From an uncultured Dehalococcoidia bacterium (lineage in GTDB: Bacteria > Chloroflexota > Dehalococcoidia > Lucifugimonadales > UBA3495): a stretch of DNA of 64,000 nucleotides. Made by a program: the position numbers and the translations under genes. The first letter of the stretch is position 1; each line of letters begins with the position of its first letter. Location of the stretch: the NCBI GenBank assembly GCA_958296225.1, contig OY282456.1:3600768-3664767 (forward strand), given 5' to 3'. Below are positions 37,566 to 46,880 of the stretch, piece by piece. The notes under the pieces were generated by a model, which was given only the letters and a program-made list of their open reading frames with translations, was not told the DNA's origin and made no database searches.

Positions 37566-38940
37566 TTACCCCACCAGTCACAACAACCGCAGTCGGGATT
37601 CTGGCAGATCAACGCCGGCGGATGCTCGGCTTTCCCGCGCCGCGCTGGCGGCAGTTTCACCGTCATACGCCGCATCCCTACGTAGTCGTCGGATTTCAGG
37701 CGGGCCAACACCGTGGCCAGGTGCTACAGCCGCGACATCCTGACGTGCCGGCTCACTTTGGCCATCCCCTGGCGCTGGCGCCTGTTGAGCAACCGCGAGT
37801 GTTTCCCGCTGCGAAAGTAACGCTCAATTGCCGTCCGCATCCGGTAAATCCGTTGCCACTCGGCGGTAAAACCCGGCAGGATGCCGATAATCCGCAGCAA
37901 CTTGCCCGCCGGCTTTTCCCAAACCGCGTAGTCACAGCAGGCAGACCAGTGAACCTTACGTTGCAACTCGCAACCACTACCGGGACACCGGAACCGGTGT
38001 CTTCGCTCCAGGTCGGAACCCAGGTACTCCACCGGCTCACCGCCCAGGCAGGTAGGCCGACCATCGGCAGTGTAGATGCCGTCGTACAGCCGCCGGCCTT
38101 TATCGTCCTTACGCGGCCGCGGCGCCGCAACAATTGGAACGATGCCGTGGTCCACCAGGTGCTGCCGCCGTTCCTGTCCCGCGTAGGCTTTGTCGCCGAT
38201 GCCGTACTGCGGCGTCAGCCACGGATGCAACCGCCGGACTGCGGCCCGCAATTGGGGCAGCTGCGGCCCGTCGCCAGCGTTGGCCGGCAGGACGATGCCC
38301 GCCAGCGGGACACCGTAGTAAGCATCGCCGGCTTCGTGGACCTTGTAGCCGTAAAACAGCTCATCTTTTTTGGCGCTGCTCTGGTTCTTGGCCGTCCGGT
38401 GTCCCCAGCTGGCATCCTGGTCAGCAGGCACGCTGCGCTTGGGATTGCCGTAGGCGGCAATGTCCGTAGAGTCAAAGGCGATGTAATCGCCCAGTCGGGG
38501 CGCGTCGGCCGGTACGATGCCGGCGGCTCACAACCGCTCCAACTCGTCGCGGATTTCAACTATCACCCTGGCGGACGATGCTGGCGATGGCTTCCTGACG
38601 CGCGGTGAGCGCTTTCTTGAAGCGACTGTAGGCGCCGGCGCCGGGAGCCGGCTCCAAGCCACACACATCCAATAACACCGCTGGCGTCCAGCTCAGACAG
38701 GAAACGGCTAGCGTAGCGGATATTGAGGACGTGCTGCGGTAAGCAGGCACAGAGCTTTGGCATCGCGCAGTGGCCCTTGCGGCCGCCTTTCCGGTGCGGC
38801 GCATCCAGCGTTGCCGCCAGCGGTCCGGCGTGCTTTTGCACGGCCCCGATTATGCTGGCCAAAAAACGGTAGCCACTTCTTGGCACAGCTGAGGATAGTG
38901 ACGGCATTGGTGAATGGCCAGCCTGTTGCTGGTCAGCCAC
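37566..38940 (-). mobile_element. decayed IS4/IS5-superfamily insertion sequence (transposase in at least 3 frames with in-frame stops)
   Basis: DUF772-like N-terminus (GRKGHCAMPKLCACLPQHVLNIRYASRFLSEL, then in another frame CGLEPAPGAGAYSRFKKAL). DDE core YGYKVHEAGD...GIGDKAYAG...RMRTAIERYFRSGK. In-frame TGA after ELERL and TAG after MSRL. Confidence 0.65.
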
Positions 38941-39296
38941 CAGTTGCGAGTATTATCGCAAGCGGCCATCAGGGACGCTCCTCCACCAAAGGGCTCCAGT
39001 GGTTACAGAGGCTGTCGGAGGTAGTGACTCCGGCGGCCTCGCCGTTATTTCGCTACGCTTGACGGCCTTGCTCCAGGAAGAGCCTAGCCTATCAAAACGC
39101 TCGCCCTATACTACTAAAATAGTCTTGCCAATGCAAAAGGTTTTGGCGTTTTTCGCCTTGCTTTATGGAAACTCCAAGCGGACATCGTTCTGCAACCGCT
39201 GTCGTACCGGCTTCTTGCCGGCACTAGACTATAATGGTAGGCTAGTGTAGCAACGTGGCCCGTTGTCAAAGACACACCGACCACCAAAGGAGCTAC

Positions 39297-39491
39297 ATGA
39301 TGGCCTACGTCAAAATTGACGGCTTTCTCTGCGAGCGTTGCGCGCACCGCTGGATACTGAAGCAGCCGGGCCTGCCCGAACCCAAGGTCTGCCCCAAGTG
39401 CAAGAGCTACCAGTGGAACACGCCGCGGATGCGTCCGCCCCGGGCCAACCCCTACCGCAACGACCCGGCGCTGGCCCGCAAAGCCGCCTAA
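39297..39491 (+). CDS. small zinc-ribbon protein (about 64 aa)
   Basis: CERC...17 aa...CPKC four-Cys ribbon. AAGGAG (39287-39292) precedes ATG 39297/39300. 70 nt upstream of the helicase gene. A TATAAT lies at 39230-39235. Confidence 0.55.
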   Translation: MMAYVKIDGFLCERCAHRWILKQPGLPEPKVCPKCKSYQWNTPRMRPPRANPYRNDPALARKAA

Positions 39492-39561
39492 TCGCTGCTA
39501 TCGACGGGCAAACAGCCCGCAACTAGGCACCACCGCACCGCCCGTACATCGGAGGACGCTA

Positions 39562-42500
39562 ATGCCCAGCCTCCCGCACGTTTTGGACAACGAAACCTTC
39601 ACCGTAGCCGACCATCTGCGCCGCAACTTGCGCGCCGCCGACGAGTTCAACTTCGTCTCCGCCTACTTCACCATCTACGGCTACGAACTGCTGGCTGAGG
39701 AACTGGAAAGCGTCGGCGCAGTGCGCTTCCTGTTTGGGAACCCAACCTCCATAGAACAGGTGGACCCCGGAGCGCAGGAACCCAAGTCCTTCGAGCTGAC
39801 GGAGCAAGGCTTGACGCCCAACCACACGCTGCAGCAACGGCAACTGGCGCAGCGGTGCGCGGCCTGGGTTGCCCGCGATAGCGTGGCTATCCGCTCCGTC
39901 AGGCAGTCCAACTTTCTTCATGGCAAGCTGTACCTCACCGATGGGCCGGACGGTGCCGCCGGCGTAGTCGGCAGCTCCAACTTCACCAGGCGCGGGCTGG
40001 GCGGCAGCGGCCAGGCCAATCTGGAAATCAACCTGTCAACCGACGACGCCATCACGCTGTCCGAACTGCGGGAGTGGTTCAACCGCCTTTGGAATAACGA
40101 GCAACGCACGGAGGATGTCAAAGGGCGGGTACTGGATGCGCTGGCCCGCATCGGCGAGGACTACGCCCCGGAGCGGGTGTACTACAAAACCCTGTACGAG
40201 CTGTTCCGCAAGGACATTGCGGCTATGCAGGCCGGCGACGACGCCCTGAACGCCGCCGGATTTACCGGCAGCCAAATCTGGAACGCCCTCTACGAGTTCC
40301 AGAAAGACGGCGTCCGCAGCGTCATCGCCAAGCTGCGGGCGCACAACGGCTGCATCCTGGCCGACAGCGTGGGCCTGGGCAAAACCTACACCGCGCTGGC
40401 CGTCATCAAATACTGTGAGCTGCGCAACGAACGCGCGCTGGTGCTTTGTCCCAAAAAGTTGTGGGAAAACTGGTCGCTGTACCAGGCCGCCAACAATCAT
40501 ATTCAAAATCCTTTCGGCGATGACCGCTTCGGCTACACCCTGCTGGCTCATACCGATTTGTCGCGGGATTCCGGCATGGCCGGCAACGTTGACCTCGCTA
40601 ACTTCAATTGGGCCAACTACGATTTGGTGGTCATTGACGAGTCGCACAACTTCCGCAATGACGAAGGCCGACGCTACCGGCGGCTGCTGGACGAAGTTAT
40701 CGCCAGCGGCGCGCGCACCAAAGTGCTGATGCTGTCGGCCACGCCGGTGAACACTTCGCTGGCTGATTTGCGGAATCAGATTTATCTGATGACCGAAAAG
40801 CGGGAGGATGCCTTCCGCCAAAGCCTGGGTGTGAGCAGCATTCGCGGCGTGATGGCGGCGGCGCAAAAGCAGTTCCGGGAATGGGAAACCGAGCAGGGCC
40901 GGCGCGCCCAGCGGGATAAATCCCGGCTGCTGGACAACCTGGGCGCCGACTTCCTGCGGCTGCTGGACGGCGTGTCCATATCCCGCTCCCGCCGGCTGGT
41001 GGAACAGTTCTACGCCGCCGAAATGGAGCGCATCGGGCAGTTCCCCGAACAGGCCCCTCCGGTCAACGAACACCCGCCCACCGACCTGGCCGGCAGCCTG
41101 TCCTACCAAGACCTGGCCGAACTCATTGGCCGGTTCCGGCTGGCCCTCTACCAGCCCTCGGCCTATGTCACCGACCCCAAACGGCTGGCGGAACTGGCTG
41201 CAACCCGCCAGCAGTACAACTTCAACCAGCAGGACAGCGAACGCTTCCTCATCGGAATGATGCGGACTAACTTCCTCAAGCGGCTGGAGAGCTCGGCCCA
41301 CTCGCTCACCCTGACGCTGCAACGCACTATCGGCAAGATTGACCGCCTGCTGGCCCGGATTGACCGCTACCAAAAGGGCAATCCAGCCACGGCCAACCTG
41401 TCCGGCTCGGACATTCTGCCCGACAACGATGATGACGACGAGGAGTTTTTCGTCAACCGGGGCCGCAATCCCTATCGCTTGTCAGAGCTGGACTTGCCCC
41501 GCTGGCAGGCCGATTTGCGGCAGGACCAGGCCACCCTTTCGGCCGCGCTGCAACAGGTCAAAGCCGTTACCCCGGAACGGGATGGCAAGCTGGCCGCAAT
41601 CAATGACGCCATCCGCGACAAGGTGGAACGCCCAACCTCCGACCGGGAGGGCAACCCCAACCGCAAGCTGCTGGTATTCACCACCTTCAAAGATACGGCC
41701 GAATATCTGTACGATAACCTGGCCGGCCTGGCCAAAAAGCTGGGCATCAACATCGCCATGGTATCCGGCGCGGAAACCCGTACCGCCGCGGGCGCCAACA
41801 ACTTCAACGCCATCCTCGCCAACTTTGCGCCCGCGGCCCGCCAACGCCGGGCCGATGCCGCCGGCAACGCCGACATTGACCTGCTGATTGCCACCGACTG
41901 CATTTCCGAAGGGCAGAACTTGCAGGACTGTGACACCGTCATCAACTACGACATCCACTGGAACCCGGTGCGCCTCATCCAGCGGTTCGGGCGCATTGAC
42001 CGCATCGGCAGCCGCAGCCGCACCGTGCGGATGGTGAACTACTGGCCCACATCCGATATGGACGCCTACCTGCAACTGCGCAGCCGGGTGCAGGCGCGCA
42101 TGGCCCTGGCCGACATCGCCGCCAGCGGCGATGAGGACCCCTTTACCGAAGCGGATGCCCGGCTGGAATTGAATTTCCGCAACGAACAGCTGCGGCGGCT
42201 CCGCCAGGAAGCCCTCACCCTGGAGGATTTGGACGATGCCCCCACCCTGGGGGACTTTACCCTCGACCACTTCATCGCCCAGCTGCTGCGCTACCTGGAA
42301 CGCAACCGGGATGAACTGGAAGCCATGCCCCCCGGCGTCTATGCCGTTGCCGCAGCGGGCCCAACCGCCCCCGGCGTAATCTTTTGCCTGCGCCAGCGCA
42401 ACGCCGGCGACGCCGGCAACCCGCAGCGCCAGTACGCCAGCCCCCGGCATCCTTACTACTTCGTCTATATCCTGCCCGACGGCGCCATCCGCTACGGCTG

Positions 42501-42801
42501 CGCCAGCCTGCAACAAACGCTGGCCGTCTTTGAGGCGGCGGCGGTGGGGCAAACCGTCCCCATTACCGAACTCTGCGACCGCTTTGACCGGGAAACCGGC
42601 CAGGGCCGCAATATGGCCCTTTACGACCGGCTGCTCACCAGCGCCATCGCTCAAATCCTCCAGGCCCACGCCGGAACGCAGGCCGACCTGCTGGGCCGCG
42701 ACGGCGCGCGGGATTTCAGGCTGCCGCCGGCGGTGGAAAACCCCACCGCCGCAACCGACTTCGAGCTGGTAACCTGGCTGGTCATCAAGGGCGACGACTA
42801 A
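39562..42801 (+). CDS. PLD-family (single HKD) nuclease domain fused to SNF2-family SF2 helicase/translocase
   Basis: HGKLYLTD...GSSNFTRRGL (HxKx4D...GSxN). Helicase motifs DSVGLGKT (I), VVIDESHNFRN (II, DExH), MLSATPVN (III), LVFTTF (IV), DCISEGQNL (V) and QRFGRIDRIGS (VI). GGAGG 6 nt before the ATG. Confidence 0.9.
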   Translation: MPSLPHVLDNETFTVADHLRRNLRAADEFNFVSAYFTIYGYELLAEELESVGAVRFLFGNPTSIEQVDPGAQEPKSFELTEQGLTPNHTLQQRQLAQRCAAWVARDSVAIRSVRQSNFLHGKLYLTDGPDGAAGVVGSSNFTRRGLGGSGQANLEINLSTDDAITLSELREWFNRLWNNEQRTEDVKGRVLDALARIGEDYAPERVYYKTLYELFRKDIAAMQAGDDALNAAGFTGSQIWNALYEFQKDGVRSVIAKLRAHNGCILADSVGLGKTYTALAVIKYCELRNERALVLCPKKLWENWSLYQAANNHIQNPFGDDRFGYTLLAHTDLSRDSGMAGNVDLANFNWANYDLVVIDESHNFRNDEGRRYRRLLDEVIASGARTKVLMLSATPVNTSLADLRNQIYLMTEKREDAFRQSLGVSSIRGVMAAAQKQFREWETEQGRRAQRDKSRLLDNLGADFLRLLDGVSISRSRRLVEQFYAAEMERIGQFPEQAPPVNEHPPTDLAGSLSYQDLAELIGRFRLALYQPSAYVTDPKRLAELAATRQQYNFNQQDSERFLIGMMRTNFLKRLESSAHSLTLTLQRTIGKIDRLLARIDRYQKGNPATANLSGSDILPDNDDDDEEFFVNRGRNPYRLSELDLPRWQADLRQDQATLSAALQQVKAVTPERDGKLAAINDAIRDKVERPTSDREGNPNRKLLVFTTFKDTAEYLYDNLAGLAKKLGINIAMVSGAETRTAAGANNFNAILANFAPAARQRRADAAGNADIDLLIATDCISEGQNLQDCDTVINYDIHWNPVRLIQRFGRIDRIGSRSRTVRMVNYWPTSDMDAYLQLRSRVQARMALADIAASGDEDPFTEADARLELNFRNEQLRRLRQEALTLEDLDDAPTLGDFTLDHFIAQLLRYLERNRDELEAMPPGVYAVAAAGPTAPGVIFCLRQRNAGDAGNPQRQYASPRHPYYFVYILPDGAIRYGCASLQQTLAVFEAAAVGQTVPITELCDRFDRETGQGRNMALYDRLLTSAIAQILQAHAGTQADLLGRDGARDFRLPPAVENPTAATDFELVTWLVIKGDD

Positions 42802-42817
42802 CGAGGGGAAACGAACT

Positions 42818-45800
42818 ATGAACGGACTTATCCCGGAACGCATCCGCGCCGCTTTGCAGCCGCTGGCCGGCGGCGATTTCGCGGCCGCCGCGCCCAGCCT
42901 CCTGGGGGAATTGGGCTACCGCAGTACGCGCACCCTGCCCGGCCAGTCGGGGGACGCCGGCGATTTTGTCCGGCAGTTCCGGGCGGCCAGCCCGGGTACG
43001 CAATCCGAGCGGGATTTCCTGGGGGAAGCCCAGTCCGTCCATATCCTCTTTCAGCTCACCAACGCCGAAATCGCCCAGCCGGAGCAAAAAGCCTTGTTCG
43101 ACGGCGGCGGGTTTGACACGGGCAACGCCCAGAGCTTCCTCTTTGCCGCCGTGGCATTGCGCGGCAGCGCCTACCCCCGCGGCCGGTATGCCGCCTTTAC
43201 CCGCGAGCTCAACAAACGCTTCCCGCATCCCATGGTCGTCCTGTTCCGCACCGCCAGCGGACGAATTACGCTGGCCTTTGTCCATCGCCGCCCCAACCGC
43301 CACCATCCCAACCGGGACGTGCTGGGCAGCGTTTCGCTCATCCGCGAAATCAACCCCGCCGACCCGCACCGGGCGCACCGGGACATCCTGGCCGAGCTGT
43401 CGCTGCCGGAACGTCTGCGATGGATGACGGCCCACGGCAAGCCGCACAACTTTGACGGCCTGCTGGAATCCTGGCTGGCAGCCCTGGACACTGAGGAACT
43501 GAACCGGCAGTTTTACCGGGAGCTGTTCCGGTGGTTCGAGGGCGCCGTCGCGACGGCCCGCTTTCCGGCCGGGGCGGCCCGGACGCTGCCCCCGGAGGAA
43601 CACGTCATCCGGCTGATTACCCGTCTGATGTTCGTGTGGTTCATCAAGGAGAAGGGGCTGGCCGCCGCAGACCTGTTCATTGAGCATCGGGTAGCGCAGC
43701 TGCTGCCAGACTATGACCGGGACGGCGGCGATTCCTACTACCGCGCCGTGCTGCAAAACCTGTTTTTCGCCACCCTGAACACCGAAATCAAAGACCGCCG
43801 TTTCAGCCGGCAAACGCGCGACGACCATCGCAACTTTTCCGTGTACCGCTACCGGGACGAAATCGCGCAGCCGGACGCTCTGCGCGCGCTGTTCGCGGCG
43901 ACACCCTTCATCAACGGCGGCCTCTTTGACTGCCTGGACAGCTTTGACGCCCAGGGCGCCGGCGGCGTCCGCGTGGACTGCTTTACCGACAATCCCCAGC
44001 ACCGGGCCGGCTACTCCATCCCCAACCGCCTGTTTTTCGGCGACGACGCCAGCCCCGGCCTGATTGACCTGTTCAACCGCTACAAGTTCACCGTGGAGGA
44101 AAACACCCCCGCCGAGCAGGAAGTCGCCCTGGACCCGGAACTGCTGGGCAAGGTCTTTGAGAACCTGCTGGCCGCCTTCAACCCGGAGACCAGGGAAAAC
44201 GCGCGCAAGGAAACCGGCTCGTACTACACGCCGCGCGCCGTGGTGGACTATATGGTGGACGAGGCCCTGACGGCCACGCTGGCGCAAAAGGCGTTTTCAG
44301 ATGACGGCGACGGGCAAGACCGCTTGCGCTATCTGCTGGACTACGGCGACGCTTTCGCTGACGCGGAAACCCTGTTCACTCCGCCGGAACGGGAGGCCGT
44401 CGTGCGCGCCGTCGCCGGCCTCAAAGCGCTGGACCCGGCCGTGGGCTCCGGCGCCTTTCCTATGGGCATCCTGCACAAGCTGACGCTGGCCCTGCGCCGG
44501 CTGGACCCGGACAACCGCATCTGGGAACGCATCCAGCGGGAACAGGCCGGCATCCGCGCCGACGCCGCCTTTGACACCGACGACCGGGCCGCCCGCGACG
44601 CCGAACTGGACGAAATCAGCGCCACTTTTGAGCGCTACCGCGATTCCGACTTCGGGCGCAAGCTGTACCTCATCCAGAACAGCATCTACGGGGTGGACAT
44701 CCAGTCCATCGCCACGCAGCTTGCCAGGCTGCGCTTTTTCATCTCCCTGGCCATTGAGCAGCAGCCCAACGACAACCCGGCGGACAACTACGGCATCAAG
44801 CCGCTGCCCAACCTGGAAACGCGGTTCGTGGCGGCGGACACGCTGCTGGCCCTGGCACGGCCGGCGCAGCGGACGCTGGGACAGACCGACGCCGTGGTGC
44901 GGCTGGAGCGGGAACTGGCCGCCAACCGGGAACGGCACTTCCACGCCAGCAGCCGGGCCGTCAAGCTGGCCTGCCGGAAGGAGGATCAACGCCTGCGGGA
45001 ACGGCTGGCCCAGGCACTGCAAACCGCCGGCTTTTCCGCAGGGTCGGCCAGCCAAATCGCCGCCTGGGAACCCTTTGACCAGAGCGCGGACGCCGCCGGC
45101 TGGTTTGACGCCGAGTATATGTTCGGCGTGGCCGACGGTTTTGACGTGGTGATTGGCAACCCGCCGTACATCAATGTTGAAAACCTGTCCGCCCGGATGC
45201 GGGATTATCTGTTCGCTAATTACGAAACCTGCATGATGCGTACAGATATTTACATCGCATTTCTGGAAAAATCCTTGTCCATCCTCAACGACAACGGGTT
45301 GATGTGCTTCATCATTCCCGCCGCTTTCACGACGCAGCAGTACGCCACCAAAATGCGCCAACGGCTGATTGCCAACCACCATGTCCGCGAGTTCGTGGAC
45401 GCCAGCAGCTACCGCATTTTCGAGAACGCCGTCGTGTTCAATGTCGTCTTGCAAGTTACGAAAAGTCGGAGCGACGCGCCGACACGGGTACGCATCCACG
45501 CCAGCAGTGCTGATTTTGACAACCGCAGTGGTACGGAGTTCACCGTCGACCAGAATCGCTTCGCCACGCTGAAAGACGCCCGCTTTGATACCAACCCGGA
45601 CATCGCCGGCGCCGTTGTCATCAAGGACAAAGTCTGGCGCAACGCCGTCCGCTTCGACCAGATTTGCCTGGTAGCCTACGGCGCGCGACTCAATCACCGC
45701 ACCGCAAAAATTGGCAAAGCCCACTATATCAGCGATACGCTCATCGCCGGTGGCAAGCCTTTCTGCGAAGGCAAGAACATTGAACGCTACTCATTTTCCC

Positions 45801-46468
45801 AGGATGGCTGGCTGAACTACCAACCCAGCGAACATTACAACCCGATGTTCCCCGAACTATTCGAAAGCGAAAAGCTGATGTTCATCAGAATTGTTAAAGA
45901 CAAGCTGCGGTTCGCCTACGACGAGAAGGGCTTTTACAACAGCCACACCGTAGTCAACTGCGTGCGGCTGGACTTGTTGGCCGGAGCAACACACCGGACT
46001 GCGGTATCAGCGCGCAAAGGCGCTGACTTGGCCCTCGCCAGCAGGTTTGACTATAAGTACCTGCTGGCGGTGCTAAACTCGCAATTCGTCAACTGGTACT
46101 TCCTAAACTTCCTGAGCGACAACCTGAATTTCTACCCCAACGACGCCAAGCAGCTGCCCATACCCAAAGCCACCGCCGCGCAGCAGCGCCCCATCATCCG
46201 GCTGGTAGAGCGGATATTGCAGGCCAAAGCGTCCAACCCGGCGGCGGACACCGGCGCGCTGGAGGCGGAAATCGACTGGCTGGTCTATGACCTGTACGGG
46301 CTAACCAACGAGGAGACGGCGGTGGTGGCCGATTTGTTCTGGGAAGGAACGCAGAGCGAAGCGGAGGAAGACCAGGCGCTGCTGCGGGCAATGGCCGAGT
46401 CCGACGTCAATGACCGGGTAAGCCTGTCCGAAGTGCGGGCAATCCTGCGGGCGCCCGATGACCGTTGA
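42818..46468 (+). CDS. large gamma-class N6-adenine DNA methyltransferase with C-terminal target-recognition region (Eco57I/Type IIG-like architecture, no intact nuclease motif seen)
   Basis: LDPAVGSGAFPMGIL (motif I) lies upstream of VIGNPPYI (motif IV, nt 45158-45169). LVYDLYGLTNEE is the C-terminal element typical of this family. 16-nt gap after the helicase gene. Confidence 0.88.
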   Translation: MNGLIPERIRAALQPLAGGDFAAAAPSLLGELGYRSTRTLPGQSGDAGDFVRQFRAASPGTQSERDFLGEAQSVHILFQLTNAEIAQPEQKALFDGGGFDTGNAQSFLFAAVALRGSAYPRGRYAAFTRELNKRFPHPMVVLFRTASGRITLAFVHRRPNRHHPNRDVLGSVSLIREINPADPHRAHRDILAELSLPERLRWMTAHGKPHNFDGLLESWLAALDTEELNRQFYRELFRWFEGAVATARFPAGAARTLPPEEHVIRLITRLMFVWFIKEKGLAAADLFIEHRVAQLLPDYDRDGGDSYYRAVLQNLFFATLNTEIKDRRFSRQTRDDHRNFSVYRYRDEIAQPDALRALFAATPFINGGLFDCLDSFDAQGAGGVRVDCFTDNPQHRAGYSIPNRLFFGDDASPGLIDLFNRYKFTVEENTPAEQEVALDPELLGKVFENLLAAFNPETRENARKETGSYYTPRAVVDYMVDEALTATLAQKAFSDDGDGQDRLRYLLDYGDAFADAETLFTPPEREAVVRAVAGLKALDPAVGSGAFPMGILHKLTLALRRLDPDNRIWERIQREQAGIRADAAFDTDDRAARDAELDEISATFERYRDSDFGRKLYLIQNSIYGVDIQSIATQLARLRFFISLAIEQQPNDNPADNYGIKPLPNLETRFVAADTLLALARPAQRTLGQTDAVVRLERELAANRERHFHASSRAVKLACRKEDQRLRERLAQALQTAGFSAGSASQIAAWEPFDQSADAAGWFDAEYMFGVADGFDVVIGNPPYINVENLSARMRDYLFANYETCMMRTDIYIAFLEKSLSILNDNGLMCFIIPAAFTTQQYATKMRQRLIANHHVREFVDASSYRIFENAVVFNVVLQVTKSRSDAPTRVRIHASSADFDNRSGTEFTVDQNRFATLKDARFDTNPDIAGAVVIKDKVWRNAVRFDQICLVAYGARLNHRTAKIGKAHYISDTLIAGGKPFCEGKNIERYSFSQDGWLNYQPSEHYNPMFPELFESEKLMFIRIVKDKLRFAYDEKGFYNSHTVVNCVRLDLLAGATHRTAVSARKGADLALASRFDYKYLLAVLNSQFVNWYFLNFLSDNLNFYPNDAKQLPIPKATAAQQRPIIRLVERILQAKASNPAADTGALEAEIDWLVYDLYGLTNEETAVVADLFWEGTQSEAEEDQALLRAMAESDVNDRVSLSEVRAILRAPDDR

Positions 46469-46810
46469 GCCGAACCCAGCCGCCTGTTTGGCCGGGACGC
46501 GCGGCGGCTGGGCCCGGCTCAACTGCGGCGCCGGCTGGATGGGGCAATCCAGGAACTGATTGCAGCCGCCAGCATCACCGAGGTCAGCGGAGTCAAAAGG
46601 CTCCAAGGCCAACACTACCGCATCAGAATAGGCGACTACCGCTTGGGCATAACCATAGCCGGCGAAACCGCCATCCTGCGCCGGTTCCTGCCCCGAGGCG
46701 AAATCTACCGCACTTCCCCTGATGGCAGCGGCCGGCGGGCGGGGGATGGCGGTATGCTGGAGTGGCGGCAACCGCGGGCGGTGCGGCGTGTAGCCGGCCG
46801 GCCGGTGTAG
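46469..46810 (+). pseudogene. RelE/ParE-family toxin-like reading frame lacking a start codon, in frame with the methyltransferase stop
   Basis: Directly after TGA 46466-46468: AEPSRLFGRDARRLGPAQLRRRLDGAIQELIAAASITEVSGVKRLQGQHYRIRIGDYRLGITIAGETAILRRFLPRGEIYR. No ATG, GTG or TTG at the N-terminus. Confidence 0.6.
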
Positions 46811-46840
46811 GGGCCTGACCGCTAGGGAAGTGGCGGCGGC

Positions 46841-46880
46841 GTGGCGGTGTGGCGGTGTGGCGGTGTGGCGGTGTGGCGGT
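46841..46880. repeat. tandem octamer (GTGGCGGT) x5
   Basis: Five perfect head-to-tail copies plus a partial GTGG, abutting TGgTATGAT (46882-46890). Confidence 0.95.

Noticed and set aside
35159-38530. In-frame TGA/TAG codons in VapC, the RT and the transposase, considered as evidence of stop-codon reassignment or selenocysteine/pyrrolysine recoding
   Set aside because: TGA (rpmE), TAG (rpmA, rplU) and TAA (MFS gene) all terminate conserved housekeeping genes at the expected positions. The interrupted genes are all accessory, toxic or mobile, and several also carry frameshifts. Pseudogenisation is the simpler explanation.
37403-38608. 401-aa plus-strand ORF
   Set aside because: Antisense to the decayed IS transposase. 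Pro/Arg/Gly-rich with no motifs.
40036-45724. Series of long minus-strand ORFs (40036..41373, 41482..42843, 42785..44287, 44297..45724)
   Set aside because: All are antisense to the helicase and methyltransferase genes, whose motif content is unambiguous. The shadow ORFs stop where the plus-strand gene becomes A/T-richer, as expected for composition artefacts.
46841-46880. Octamer array, and the dispersed ~25-nt repeats, considered as a CRISPR array
   Set aside because: The octamers are contiguous with no spacers. The 25-nt repeats occur as inverted pairs bounding elements (one with a TSD), not as direct repeats with uniform unique spacers. No cas genes are present.
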